A stretch of DNA of 64,000 bases, taken from Eledone cirrhosa (Eukaryota). Under the pieces are notes generated by a model. The model did no database searches. It was not told the origin of the DNA and saw nothing but the letters and a program-made list of their open reading frames with translations. Location: the NCBI GenBank assembly GCA_964016885.1, contig OZ024743.1, positions 46,562,001 to 46,626,000 of the forward strand, in the 5' to 3' direction. Both the position numbers and the translations under genes were made by a program. Shown here one piece after another: positions 50,930 through 64,000 of this stretch (its first letter is position 1; each line of letters starts with the position of its first letter).

Positions 50930-52410
50930 TACAGTCAGTAAGGTTAGAATTAACAACAAATATAGTGAAGAGTTTAGCGTAAAAGTTGGTGTTCATCAGG
51001 GCTCCGTTCTTAGCCCCCTACTATTTATTATTGCCCTTCAGGCTATAACAGAATAGTTCAAGACCGGCTGCCCATGGGAACTCCTATACGCAGATGATCT
51101 AACGCTCATAGCTGAATCAATGGCTGAACTAGAGAAGAAATTCCTAACATGGAAGCATGGCCTAGAATCAAAAGGCCTTAAAGTTAAATTGTCTAAGACT
51201 AAAGTTCTAGTTTGTAGGAAGGAAAATAGGGCACCGGTCCCATCTGGGAAATGGCCATGCTCAGTGTGTAGGAAAGGAGTAGGCAGAAACTCCATTTTAT
51301 GTCCCAAATGCAAAGTATGGGTGCATAAAAGATGTAGTGGGATCACAGGTAAGCTAACTAAGAATATAGATTTTATATGTGGCCAGTGCTCAGGTGCAAT
51401 AAGTAGCAGCAAGTGCCCACAGAATACTAGCTCATTCCATTGCACAGATGGTTCTATAGAAATAGTGGACACCTTCCGTTACCTGGGTGACAAAATCAGC
51501 AGTGGTGGAGGGTGCTCTGAAAGTACAGTAGCTAGAGTCAGAACGGGATGGAAAAAGTTCAGAGAGCGTATACCACTATTGGCCGCTAAAGGGTTCTCTC
51601 TAAAAATGAAAGGCAGGCTGTATGATGCCTGCATACGAACAGTAATGTTACATGGCAGTGAGTGCAGAGGATATATGCAGACTGGAGAGGAACTAAGCTT
51701 GCATGCTCCGCTGGATGTGTAATAGTAATATACGCGAACGGCAAAGCATAAACGAACTAAGGGAGAAATTAGGAATAAGAGGGATCAGATGTTGTTTACT
51801 CGAGAGAAGACTACGTTGGTACGGTCACGTGATGCGCATGAAAAACGACAGCTGTATAAAAAAGTGCAGGGCGATAAAAATAGACGGTAGCCACGGAGTA
51901 GGCAGACCCAGAAAAACCTGGGATGACTTGATAAATTCCGACCTCATACACTTAGACCTCTCCAAGACAATGTCACTGGACCGAGATCTTTGGCGCTACA
52001 CAGTAATACAGAAGACCCGCCTTGCCTAAGTACAAAGTGAAACCTACAGTCAGTAGGCACCTCTAACAAAAATACACCCCTGTCTCACTACCTCCACCCC
52101 ATCCACACCTTCAATGTGAAGTTATGTTGGTACCACAACATCCAGTCCGAAACATATGAGGTCGTGTAGGTGTCACGACAAAAAAAACACACAGTCCACG
52201 CTGTAATGTGGCCGTGTAGGTAACACGGTAAAAATGTCCCAGTCCACACTGTAAACGTGGTTGGTGTTAGGAAGTGCATCCAGCCGTAGAAAACCCGCCA
52301 GACAGTCCTATACGAGCAGGACAACCAATCTTGCCTTAAGTGGGGAAAACTCCCGTCCAAACCCATGCAAGCGTGGAAGATGGACGTTAAACGATGATGA
52401 TGATGATGAT
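50930..52410 (+). mobile_element. 5'-truncated RTE LINE (subfamily B) with a nonsense mutation and small deletions, inserted into a Penelope-type repeat
   Basis: Highly similar to 18497-20005; ORF split into 51120..51722 and 51703..52029; (GAT)n tail. Confidence 0.93.
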
Positions 52411-52484
52411 TCCTTCTATATACTGTACTGATTGTGTTGTTTGTTTACCTTTTACCAACACACACATATATATATACATACACA

Positions 52485-52765
52485 TGTTTTCTTGAGCAAG
52501 ACACTTTATTTCTCATTGCTCCAGTTTACTCAGCTGTAGAAATGAGATGATAGGACTGGGGTCCCTATCATTCCACTGCAAAGTGGTCGTGGAGGTGCCA
52601 CGGCAAAAAAGCACCCAGCCCACACTGTAAAGTGGACATGTAGGCGCCACAGAAAAAAAGGACCCAGCGTCCAGCTGTAGAAATCAAGCCAGAATCAGTT
52701 CCCGTCCCACCCTTGCAAGCAGGGAAAAGCGGACGTAAAATGATGTGATGATGATGATGATGATC
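52485..52765 (+). mobile_element. 5'-truncated Meta-core SINE with RTE-A tail
   Basis: Starts at ttcttgagcaagacacttt; ends in (GAT)n about 20 nt from the donor of exon 52786-52870. Confidence 0.85.
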
Positions 52766-52785
52766 ACACACACACACACAATTAC

Positions 52786-52870
52786 CTTGACGCAAAGTTC
52801 CCAAGAATTCTTCCTGTTTTCGAGGACCCAGTAAAGCCTGCTCAGCGTGTCGCTTTTGTTCTTTTTTCTC
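52786..52870 (-). CDS. KMT2C: KMT2C/D-like exon (EKKEQKRHAEQALLGPRKQEEFLGTLRQ)
   Basis: CCAG acceptor after pyrimidine tract, GTAATT donor, 85 nt, phase 0-1; continues the LLQDLL-x-E(R/K)xEQ motif. Confidence 0.87.
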
Positions 52871-52993
52871 CTGGTTGAAGGAAAAGAAAATATTGGTGAT
52901 ATATAATTTGTTATGTTTATAAAAAACAAATTAACAATAATGAGATGTTGAAAAAACTTTTTTTTAAATACATTAAAACACATACAAACATAC

Positions 52994-54852
52994 CTCTTCT
53001 AATAAATCTTGTATTAACAAAGGTTGTTCTTGTGGTGTCCTTGTATGGCTAAGTGCAAGTGTCCTAGGCACAGAATTTCCTTGATTTGGAAAGCTACCTG
53101 GCTTCCCAGGTATGTGGGCTTTTACAGTTAATGATGGATGGTTTGAAGGATAAGGTGTTGGCGATCTATGCAAACTAGCAATGTTTGGATTTGAAGCTGT
53201 ACTAATTAAAGTAGATTGGTCAAGGCTAGGGCGGAGACTCAATGACTGACCATCAGGCTGATAATATAACCCTGCCTGGCCGCTTTGTGCAGCATATGTT
53301 CCAGGAGTTTGAGATGGTGAAACATATAAACTACGTGACACCATAGTACCAACATCAAAAGTAGATTCTGCATTTTGTGCTATTTGTTGTGGTGTTTGAC
53401 TATTAGTGCTTTCAAGAGGCCATGATATATTTCCAGAAGTTGTTTGAGTAGTTAAAGGCATTTGTGTAGAGGCAGCAGAATTACTGAAGGTATTAAAAGA
53501 AGCAGAAGATGGCAGCTGTACTATAGTAGTTGTTGATGTATTAATACAAGATTGATCAATCCCTGAGGAAAGAGAAGTTGGAGAAGCTTGCGGATGTTTT
53601 AGAAAATTTTGATTACTGATTGATTGTCCATATAATATACTATTGGGAGTTGGTGTAAGAATTCCACCTCGTGGTGGTAAATGCGTCTGTGGTTGCCCAT
53701 AAGTGCCTTGCATATACTGGTTGACAGGAGGTACAGTCCCACGACCAAACTGATGGAAACCTCCCAACGTTGGACTGCTCTGACCAACACTAGGAGCAGC
53801 AGTGGATGCTGACTGAGAATTTTGATTAAATTGTATAACTCTATCAGCACCTGAAAGATATGGAGATTGTGCTCTGCTGGATGGAGCACTTGGAGGTGTG
53901 TGTCCAGCAGAGGAAACAGAACCAACACTAGCATTAGTTAATGACTGTGGATAGCCGGGGCTAAAAGGTGACTGTGCAGTTGATGCTGACATTGGGGAAT
54001 GTCTTGTCAATTGACTAGATGATTGTGGTCCTGATACTTGTCCAAATGGAGAATGTGCTGATGGAGTTCTGGGAGAAGACAATCCAGATTTTGGTAAATT
54101 ATCTTTTGGTGATGGTAACATACCAGACATTTGCCGAGACGGTGGCCTAGATTTTTCAATAATCATCGTTGACAGAGATTCAATAGGGCTATTACATATA
54201 GTTCCACTTTGTAAAGTAGACTGTACTTTCGGCGATGAAGCTGATAAGTTACTCATGGATGATGTTGGTGATGATTCTTTTTGTTCTTTCACACTTTGCG
54301 AAGAATTCTGATTTTGCAAATCAGGTTCAATCTTCATCACAAAACTCTGTGAATCAACAGATTTACTTTTGTCTTGATTTATCTGGTCAGGAGAACTTTG
54401 TAAAAGAGCAGCAATGTGACGGCTATTTTGAATTGTGGAAGATTTTTCTATATGTCCCTCTTTATTCATAACTGATCCTTTTATATCATTGCTAGAACTA
54501 CTAGGTGGTGTTGGAGGTGGTTCTTCCTTCCTCATTTGGCTAAACTCTAAAAACTTAGCTTGAAAATCTGACTGTGATTTCTGTTCTGAAGACTGGATGT
54601 TATTTGATTTAGTATCATTTGCTTCTGAAGAAATAATAGTTTCTTCAGAGTTGGATTCAGTTTTAATGGTTTCTGTTCTCTCATCTGCTGCCAGACCATT
54701 ACTTTCATCAGGACTATCTTGGCGCTCTTCTTCTTTCGAATCACCATTGCAATCCGTTTCATCCAATACGAGCTCATCTAAAAAATCAGTACCCAGTTCT
54801 TTATTCAATTCTGGATCAGCATACTGAAGTATATCAAATGTTCCATCTTCAT
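52994..54852 (-). CDS. KMT2C: KMT2C/D-like large exon, Ser/Pro/Gln-rich (EDGTFDILQYADPEL...QEQPLLIQDLLEE)
   Basis: Inside 652-aa ORF; 1859 nt, phase 1-0, TTTTTAG acceptor and GTATGT donor; DLLNEDGTFDILQYADPEL and EQPLLIQDLL match conserved KMT2C/D motifs (FD(I/L)(I/L)AYTDPEL; EQPLLLQDLL) recalled from vertebrate proteins. Confidence 0.93.
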
Positions 54853-55604
54853 CTAAAAAGTAAAAAAGAAAAAATACATTTTTAGCCAATTTCAAAACAA
54901 AAAAAAAGATGCAATTCATCATCATAATCATTTTACGTCACATTTTTTCCAAGTTGGTTTAGACAAGGTGAGTACTTAATCAGAATTACTATTCTAGACA
55001 ATCCAACGTACACAGCTCACTTACATATGTTCCTGTTTTGGCATGGATTCAACAGCCAGATGCTCTTCCTAATGCCAACCACTTTACAAACCATACTGGG
55101 TGTGTTTTATCATGGCAGCAGCATGATGAATTTTGTCATATCCTTGATACAACTGAAAGAGTCCTCTCAACTCTATGTTGTTCTCAGTTGAATGTCAATG
55201 GAGTAAATATAAATGCGCCAAACAAAAGAATGGGTACTTTCTTCTCATTTCACTAAATTATTTTTTAAAGTCAAATTTTAAGGTTTTTATAGTCATATTA
55301 ATTAAACCAACTGCACAAAATTTAATAACATGTTCTTTAAATCAAAAATTAAAGGAATATAGTCTTTTTGGTTTTTTTTTAAATTAACACTACAGTTGAT
55401 GCCATGTGTATCACAATTTTTTTAATACATACATAATACCTCTGTACACTAGAAAGCTCTAAAAGATTTGACATAAGGAAGAACATCTGACTACAAAACT
55501 GTCTCAAAAAAATCCTGTCCAACCCATGTCAGCATGAAAAAGTGATTATCATTGTCGCAATGATGATGATGATATATACATTTACAGGATGGCTAACTAC
55601 ATAC

Positions 55605-56215
55605 ATATATAGAGAGACATGCATGGGTAGGAAAAGCAGTTTCCATGATAGTTTATGGTGGATGTAATGTGATAATTGTTCTGGTATAGAGAGAGAGACA
55701 TGCATGGGTAGGAAAAGCAGTTTCCATGATAGTTTATGGTGGATGTAATGTGATAATTGTTCTGGTATAGAGAGAGAGACATGTATAAACAAAAGGTAGG
55801 CTGTATGATGCCTGTATGAGAAGCACACAGCTGCATGATAGTGATCCAGGACATGCGAGAACTGACGAAAGAATGAATCAAGTATGCACAAATGAATGTG
55901 TAATATTATTGTGCATGAAAGGCCAAGCATGGAGATGCTGAGAGAAAAACTATGCTTTAGAGGAATCAGATGTTATGTGCAGGGGAAAAAATTGTGCTGG
56001 TATCGGCACAGGATGCAGTTGGATAATGATCATTCGATGAAGAGCCAAGTGCTCCCAGTGGAAAGTATCTGTGGAACAGGAAGGCTGAGGAAAAACTGGA
56101 CTGTGTTGTGGTGAGGGCTGATCTCAAATCAATGAACATCACAGAAGATATGGACACAGAAGACCTGCTTGACCCATGCATGCAAGGAAAGGCAGAAGTA
56201 AAATAGCAGTGATGG
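55605..56215 (+). mobile_element. Old RTE 3' fragment preceded by an ~82-bp tandem duplication
   Basis: LREKLCFRGIRCYVQGKKLCWY..GTGRLRKNW; duplicated gagacatgcatgggtaggaaaagc...ttctggtatagag. Confidence 0.7.
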
Positions 56216-56304
56216 CGGTGTGTGTGTGTAATGCAGGCATTGACGCGCGCACGCACACATTTTATAATAGTTGATGTATACTATGTATTAACATTACTAC
56301 TTAC

Positions 56305-56926
56305 TTAATAAATCATTGATTTCATCCTTATTATCATCATCAAACTGGTCTTTAGTTTCTCTTGGATTGTCTTGAGATCCAGACTGTGTTTGGTTATTTC
56401 CAACTAGATTGGCTTGTTGTTGCTGTTGCTGCTGCTGCTGCTGCTGCTGCTGTTGTTGCTGTTGCTGTTGCTGTAGTTGAAGTCTTCTTTGTTGTAATAG
56501 AGCCTCAGTGTTCTGTGAAATGCGTTCATCTTGGGAATCTAGCTGACCAGAGTATTCAGAAAATTGTCGAGTGAAAACCTCCCCTTGTTTTTGTAAAACA
56601 TCTTTAACATCTCCCTCGGTTTGTTTCAAAGATGAAGAAGAATATGTGAACTGAGGGAAGCCTGCAGCAGCCTGTTGGGTAGCTGCTGCTGCTTGGGTTT
56701 GACTATGTCCTGCAGTTTGAGGAGATAGTTGATTTGCTGCTACAGATTCTTCACCAGACATCTGTGGTTGCTGTTCAGAATGCATGAATTCATATGGACT
56801 GGTAGGATTGCTTTTTGATAAAGATGACGGTGACGATATATTAGAAGCTGGACCTTGACAAGAATTTCGACTACGAGCGATCATTTGAAGCAACTGAGCT
56901 CTTTGTAATTCTTCAGAGTTCATTTC
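56305..56926 (-). CDS. KMT2C: KMT2C/D-like exon with polyglutamine tract (EMNSEELQRAQLLQMIAR...QQQQ...DEINDLL)
   Basis: ORF 56297..56923; TTTCCAG acceptor, GTAAGT donor, 622 nt, phase 0-1. Confidence 0.9.
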
Positions 56927-57367
56927 CTGGAAAGGAATTATTGGTGATAATCAGTGTAAAGAAATGGAAATAAATAAAATAAGTGTTTTTCTTACAAAGC
57001 TTTTGAAATACATACAACTGAGGGACAAAACAGTATTACCTATGTGCAGTGTAAATCAGAGTTTCTCAAAACCTTTTTTTACTACTGCTTCCTTTTTTTA
57101 GAGAATATATTCTTTATACTTTTTTTTTTTTATGTGTAAGCATTTATTGAATAACTGAAGGTGATAGTTTTGCAAGCAACTACTAATTTGTACACTGTTA
57201 CCCCTTTCTTGCCTTCTAATGACCAGCCCCGTGCATTCCAGAATATGCTCACACAAGCATGCACATACATACCTGCATAGACATACACACTTTCACACAA
57301 AGCCAAATATAAATATAACATTTTATTTTAGAATTATAATGAAAACTTATTTAAAAACAAAACCTAC

Positions 57368-57525
57368 TGTTTTCATTTTATTGCCATCTGGAAATGGGGG
57401 TCGTAAGCCAGGTAGCTGACCAGGGAGAAACCCAGCAGATCCTGGTACTCTTGGTGTTACCTGAGGACTAAGTGGAGAATGAACTTGCAGATTTCGATGT
57501 GATCCAGGTCCAAAATTTTCAGCTT
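57368..57525 (-). CDS. KMT2C: KMT2C/D-like exon (AENFGPGSHRNLQVHSPLSPQVTPRVPGSAGFLPGQLPGLRPPFPDGNKMKT)
   Basis: TTTATAG acceptor, GTAGGT donor, 158 nt, phase 1-0; an in-frame internal donor CAG|GTAACA also exists at 57461. Confidence 0.8.
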
Positions 57526-58849
57526 CTATAAAAAATGTTTATTGAAAAATAATGTTTATTAGATACTAAAACAATCGCTTTTTCTATGTTACAAAACTGT
57601 TTATTTCAAAATGTTTACATTCATCTTAAAACCTTTCTTCATAATTTTTATGTAAGAACCTTCATTAAGTTATGCTCCAAACACCAGCTTCATAATGAAG
57701 AGCCTAGTTATATTACTAAATCTTTCCAAATTCTTATTTTCAAAATAATTTGAAAATTATATGCAGTGACTTTCATCAGAAACATAATAATGACAGGATT
57801 TAAATATTTTATACAAGAATTGACAAAGATTTTTTTTTTGTTTTGTTTTTAGGGGTTTTGCTAAATATTGTTCAATACACAAATAAGTTTTAATGCTTTA
57901 ACAAATTCAATTTCTTTTTTGTCTCTTTTGGTGTGTTTATTCAGATTAGAATAGGTACATCATGTTTGTGTTTGTCGTCAGTCACCAGTAAAAGAGTTGG
58001 TACCAGGAAGGGTAAGTAATTGTAAAACTTGGCCTTAAAAAGGCCCCCATAATGAGTATGAAGCTTATCATGGAGCTCCTAAGATTAACTATTGCTTTAG
58101 CAGTGGGGAAATGGAGAGGCATGGCTGGCAGCAAAGATAAACATGATAAATGATCTAAACCTGTTCAACTAGCAAAAGTCAAAAAGGGCTTCCAACATTG
58201 GAACTAACAAAGATATTTGGTAATGTTGGTGTGAATATTTTGGGAGAGTTGTTGCCCATAAAATAGTTGGGGAAGATGAGTTAGAATTCAATCTCTTGGA
58301 GAGATGCTAACTTCATCAATGTGGAATAGGGACTTTGTCCCAGACAGATGCAAGGCCTATGTAAGAAAATAACTATGCTACATACTATATAGATGATGGT
58401 GGTGATGAATCATCCATCTGTTTTAACAAGAAGCATTCAGTTGTTTGATTAATTGTATGTCCATCTTGTGAACCCTTAACGCAATTCCCAAGTTGAATCA
58501 GCATGACACAAAAGGTGACAAGGCTAAACCTTTGAATTAAAGGCACAATCCATCCAACAGGATTACAAAGTTTCCATCTAATTTCACTCACATGGTTTGG
58601 GGTGAACTATAGTCATGGTAAAGACCCTTGCTCAAAATGCTGTGCGGTAGGATCAAAATCAAGGGCTAACAACTTTGAAGCAAACCCTTTAAGCACTCAG
58701 CCATACTATATAATATACGACACTGGTTAATAACTCATTTTATATGCTGATGTTTAAACAAAATTTATATAATTTTACATTTCACTTATTTTAACCTGCA
58801 CTTACCTGTAATTAGAGTAGTTTACATACAAAAAAAAAAATTGTAATAG

Positions 58850-58896
<47 letters not shown>

Positions 58897-59055
58897 AAAG
58901 TTGTATTCAAAACATAACATGAATGAGCAAAAAAAAAACAATTGTTTCATGAAACCAGACTGAATCCACAATTGTTTTATAATTTAATTTACAACACATA
59001 GTGGCCGAAAGGGTTAATTAAAATATAATATTAATATTCAGTATCATAACCGCAC

Positions 59056-59196
59056 CTCTATTAAATTGACTTGGATGTGGCAACCGAATAGTTTGATGCT
59101 GTACCCAGCGTCTAGCAAGTGGGACCTCATTTTGAAATGATGGGGCAGCTCCATCACTATGATCACTGAAGGGTGAATGTGGCGTTTGAGGTGAAC
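59056..59196 (-). CDS. KMT2C: KMT2C/D-like exon (SPQTPHSPFSDHSDGAAPSFQNEVPLARRWVQHQ...)
   Basis: CTTAG acceptor, GTGCGG donor, 141 nt open, phase 1-1, GC-richer than flanks. Confidence 0.8.
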
Positions 59197-59305
59197 CTAA
59201 GATTAAATTTCAACCCAAGAATATAAAAACAATTTAATGATTTAAAACAAACAAAATAAATTAATTTAAGACCATACAGATATCTTTATCATTATTATTA
59301 TTATT

Positions 59306-59347
<42 letters not shown>

Positions 59348-60200
59348 ATATTACTTTTTTTTTTTCAAATCAATCAGATTTTAAAATAATATAAATAAAA
59401 TCTAAGAGAAACAATTTACAATTTATTGTAGGAATATATTTTAAAATTAGAAAACAACAAATACAAGTGCTACATAATTCTCAAATCTATAATGTTTGTT
59501 ATAAATTATATACATTATTTAACACAGGGGTCCCCAAAGTAGTAGATATTGACTCACAGGGGTCAATGGAACTACTCAAAGGGTCAATTGAATTTTGGAG
59601 CCAAAACTTGATATTTGTATAGGAAATGAAAATATTTAAATACAACTTGCTTATACAGATTTCTAATGCATATATAATTAGTCTTTATTGTTTATTTTAT
59701 ATTCTATTTACTTATTTATTTATTTTTGAACATGACTGGGTTCAATGAGGAGTCAAGAATGGTAGTTAATGGTCTAACATGTTTGAGGCTCTTTGGTTTA
59801 GCATATTTCAGGTATTTGAATATTTCTGCTCACTTACATATTTCCAGTTTTGAAGAAGAAAAAGAAATCACCACTTATTATCTCTACTGAATTCGAAAGG
59901 AAACTAAATATAATAATTATTTTATTAGATTCTCAACATCTCTTATAGTAAAGTTATTAACCCTTCTGTTATCAAACCACCTGAAATGACTCATTGCAAG
60001 GCCAATGCTCTAACCACTAAGCCATGTGCCTTACATACCCATCACAAAGAGCTCTCTCTCTCTCTCTCTCTCGTCACTTATCACCTATATTAACAGATTT
60101 TCCTAATCCCGTACAAAATATTCTCAACAACATCAAGCATCTTAAAGCTATTTTACCTGCTAAAGTAGGGTTGACCTTTGACTTCATATTCATCATGGAG

Positions 60201-60235
<35 letters not shown>

Positions 60236-61308
60236 CAATGTTTCACTGCTTGATGCCTTTCCTTGGCACCATCTCTTTTAGTCATCTATTATGACATGCA
60301 AAGGTAAGTTGTACTGTTCTAAATCAGTTACACTTGTATATGTCAAATCATTTTTTCTTTTTCCTTTACCTCTGAAGGTGTCCTTCTGAGCTAAGTCCAT
60401 AAATGAAAAATATTTCCTGGCAACACCTCAACTGAAATATTGCCTATATCAACTTCCCTCAATAAGCTCATTAATCAGACAATGAAATGTTTATGAAAAC
60501 AGTGACTCTAACCAACTTTCTTGCATTAACAAATAACAAAAAATCTTTAGATAGCCTGTCCCTTGGGTAGATTTAGTGGAGTTTACTCCTTTGCAAGAAT
60601 TCTGGTCATATATCTGGTTTGAGGATACTTTCTTCCTACCAGTCTCAGAGGCCCTGAAAAGAGTAATGGGCATTGCCTTTCTCTTCCTGTCTAAATAGTA
60701 AACAAAAAAGGGAAGAGGGGTAACAAAAACCAGAGCAATAATGTCACTAATTCTTTCTTCTATTTGGTAATCAATAACATCTCGAACAATTAAAAACATG
60801 AAGTGACAGTTGCAAATAACCTTCATTGCAGATTACAACTCTTATTATTAGTTGTTAGTAAATTTGGACATTAAACCAAAATAATGTTTTTTGCTTTGTT
60901 TTTGTTTTTAAATAAATATTTATGCTAGAGAATAGATTTTAAGATAAATTTAATTTAAATATAACCACCATTTTTTAATTAGAAGCCATCACTGTTAAAA
61001 GAAGTAAACACATTCAACTATACCTCCATACCCAGAAAAAAAACGAGAGATTATTCTTACACTGCATTTCAAAGAATTTTGTCTCTTAACCAGAGAACAA
61101 CTACTCCTATGATTCTCTGTATAGAGAAATATTACTATAGAAATGCTGTATATCCCATACAAGATATAAAAAAATAGATGTCTTATATTTTACTTATGAA
61201 GTGACTTTTACTAAACCAAACTAGAACCAGCTAAAAATTTATTTAAATGTTTTAAATAATAACCAAAGAGATTAACAAAGATTTACATAGGGAAATTGTT
61301 AACCATAC

Positions 61309-61477
61309 CTGCAGGCCAGATTGGAGATGTTGGCGATTTTATTGCAATTTTATTAGCTTCATCTTGTTGCTGTTGTTTCTTCTGTTGTCTCTGTTTAGAT
61401 TGCTGAGCTAAGAGAACCCGCAATTGACGCTGAGCATCAGATCGATTTAAATCCCCTTCGGGTGAAACAATATTTGG
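61309..61477 (-). CDS. KMT2C: KMT2C/D-like exon (PNIVSPEGDLNRSDAQRQLRVLLAQQSKQRQQKKQQQQ...)
   Basis: TTTTTTAG acceptor, GTATGG donor, 169 nt, phase 0-1; resembles the QRQ(K/R)LRE(I/L)(I/L)xQQ motif I recall from KMT2C/D. Confidence 0.85.
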
Positions 61478-63383
61478 CTAAAAAACAAAAATATATACAA
61501 ATCAAATCAATATTACAAACACCTCCTATGATAAAAACTGCTAGACAGATAAAAAGTATTCTACATGTTGGTATTTCAAACAGATTCATAACACCTACTT
61601 GAAGATACATGTTAATTCAATAATTGCATTAGAAAATATATTTTGTCATGTCTAGCAGTTGTAAATGATATGTCATATTTCCTTTTATATGTAAAGACAA
61701 GTGTTTTTATTGCAATGATAGTACAGATGATGTAACACTGTAAGTCAGTTATATATATCAGATTATGATTATCAAATAAAGGTGGTAAACTGACAGAATT
61801 GTGAGAAAGCCAGACAAAGGCTTTACAGTATTTGCTCTGAGTTTAAATCTTTCTATGGTCAACTTTGCCTTTCATTCTTCCAGGGTCAATAAAATAAAGT
61901 AATATAATAGTCAGGTACAGGGGTCAATAAAATAAAGTAACAGTCAAGTACAGGGAGTAATTCAATTATCTTTCCCCTCCCCTCAAAAACTTGACCATGT
62001 GCCTAAAACAGAAACCATTATAATCGTAGTACATAAGACAGTTAATGGAAATGAAATTTACAATTCAAACCTATGTAGGTTTAGCTGGCCTCCTACATGG
62101 TTGTAGGTTTATTGGGTGTTTTAATGATATTAGTCCCAGTCATGAAAATCGATGTGAAGTGTCTTGCTCCAGAAAACAATATGCCGTCCTATCCAGCAAT
62201 CAAACCCACAACTTATGATCATGAGTCTAGTCTTCCTATCATCCAATAGAGAACAACAACAAACTAATCCTCTCCAATATCACCATATTTTTACATAAAA
62301 ATCTTGTCTAGCCCATACCAGCATGAAGAAATGGCCATAAAAATGATGATGATGACAATGACTGCATCAGTTAGCAGGTTTCAGTATTGCTAACCACATG
62401 TGAAAATCTGACAGCAGAAAATGTAGCAATAAAAAATATATTTTTTTTAAATAAATAAATGCAAAGTGCTTGACAAATGAATCAAGTGTTGGTGCTACAA
62501 TAAAATGCAACCAAAGATAATATAGGATACAGGGACTCTTCAATCTTGCTGAGTACATGACAATCTTGCTAATATTGGTGCCAAGTTAAAACACAGCCAA
62601 TACACTCTGTAATATGCTTGTGCTGTTGCTACAATAAAATGTATCTAGTACACCCTGTAAAATGGTTAGTGTTTTTAAGGGCATTCAGCCATAGAAACTA
62701 TGCCCAAATATGAAACATATGAGCATGGCATGGTTATCCAACACATCTAGTCTCAGACTGTGACGACTCATCAACCACAAAAAGCATAAAAATGATGATA
62801 ATGATGATGATATAATAATTTAGACAGCAAGGTGGAGTGTTTCTTGCTTGTATCTTTGACTTGATGTTCCGTATTTCTTGTAAAATATTATATTTCTAAT
62901 GCAATACATGTTTCAATTTTTTTCGGAAATAATCAAGAATTTAAAGGAATTTAGTAACATAGCTTAACATTTCCATTAGTAAACTGATGTTTGAAACATA
63001 ACGAAAGGTTCTTACATAAAATTACATTAGAAGGTTTTAATTTATATACTAACCCTTTAAAAGAACAATTTTGTATCACAAACCCAAAGGCTATTAGCAT
63101 AGTTCTAATGAAAGACACTGCCTATGATTTCCAAATCATTTAGAGAATAATCAGGAATCTGGATGGATTTTGTAATATAACTTTCTCATTATTAAGCTGA
63201 TATTTGGAACAAAAGTATTTGCCTAAAATTATGCGGGAAGGTTTTTTAGATAAATATTATAAAACCTGGGGCAGTTTGAGGTAGGTTGGTATCAAATAGG
63301 CTAATATTCTCATTTTCCAATTAAAAATGAATCAAACAATGTATGTACCATAGAAAGACATAATATACGCAACAGAAACTTAC

Positions 63384-63452
63384 TCTTTCAAATGGCAATT
63401 GCGTTCTTCCCAGAAGAGTATTGTTATTGCTTACACCACTTCGTGGACTACC
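63384..63452 (-). CDS. KMT2C: KMT2C/D-like exon (GSPRSGVSNNNTLLGRTQLPFER), first exon visible in window
   Basis: TTTCAG acceptor, GTAAGT donor, 69 nt open, phase 0-0, joins next exon in frame. Confidence 0.7.
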
Positions 63453-64000
63453 CTGAAATTACATTTAAAAAAAACATAAGCTATAATGGTGATCTGATTT
63501 CTATGGTTAAATAATATAAACTTATACCTCTAATTCTAATTAAGAATCAATTAACATTTATTTAATAAAACTAAATAATGTCACAAATTCAATTCATTAA
63601 ATCCACTGCAGCAGATTGTTGCAACTGAAATTAAAATTTCACAAAAAAATTATCTCAATTGTTTTTTAACTATTATTTCGAAGAAATATTTTGCATTTGT
63701 GAAGTTGTAAAGAATGATGGGATTAGAGCCATTAATGAATGTTGTGAAGAAAAGTGAAATAAGATGGCTGGGACCTGTGTTGAGGAAGGATGAACGTGGC
63801 TGGGTGAGAAGAATAGAATCAGTGAAATATATAAAGAGAAGTAGAATGAGATGGTTGGATTATACTGAAAAAGAATAGAAATGACTTGATTAGAGGAATG
63901 GTAAAAATATACGTTGACAGAGGGAGAGGAGGGGCAAGATCAAGAAAAAAATAGTTAAAGATAAAGGAAAAAGAAGTCAGAAGGTTCATGAGAGGGGATG

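Overview
AT-rich, microsatellite-laden animal genomic DNA. The repeat families and composition suggest a coleoid cephalopod such as Octopus (inference). The whole window lies inside one large minus-strand gene: the low-complexity middle region of a KMT2C/KMT2D (MLL3/4, trithorax-related) histone H3K4 methyltransferase. I traced 14 phase-consistent GT-AG exons from 63452 down to 11067, including a ~27.4 kb intron. The introns are packed with mobile DNA: an intact single-ORF RTE-clade LINE (APE + RT with a C4HC3 PHD-like insert and 98-bp 5' tandem monomers), truncated RTE relatives, tRNA-derived SINEs sharing the RTE 3' tail, decayed Penelope-like, R4-like, CR1/L2-like and mariner elements, and TTAA-flanked MITEs. 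The most striking unexplained structure is a set of five sequence-unrelated, non-coding foldback (long palindromic) elements at or near simple repeats. Four carry a minimal type I hammerhead ribozyme pointing away from the hairpin centre, and the fifth has only a 3' half-motif. All calls were made by eye; no searches or folding programs were run.
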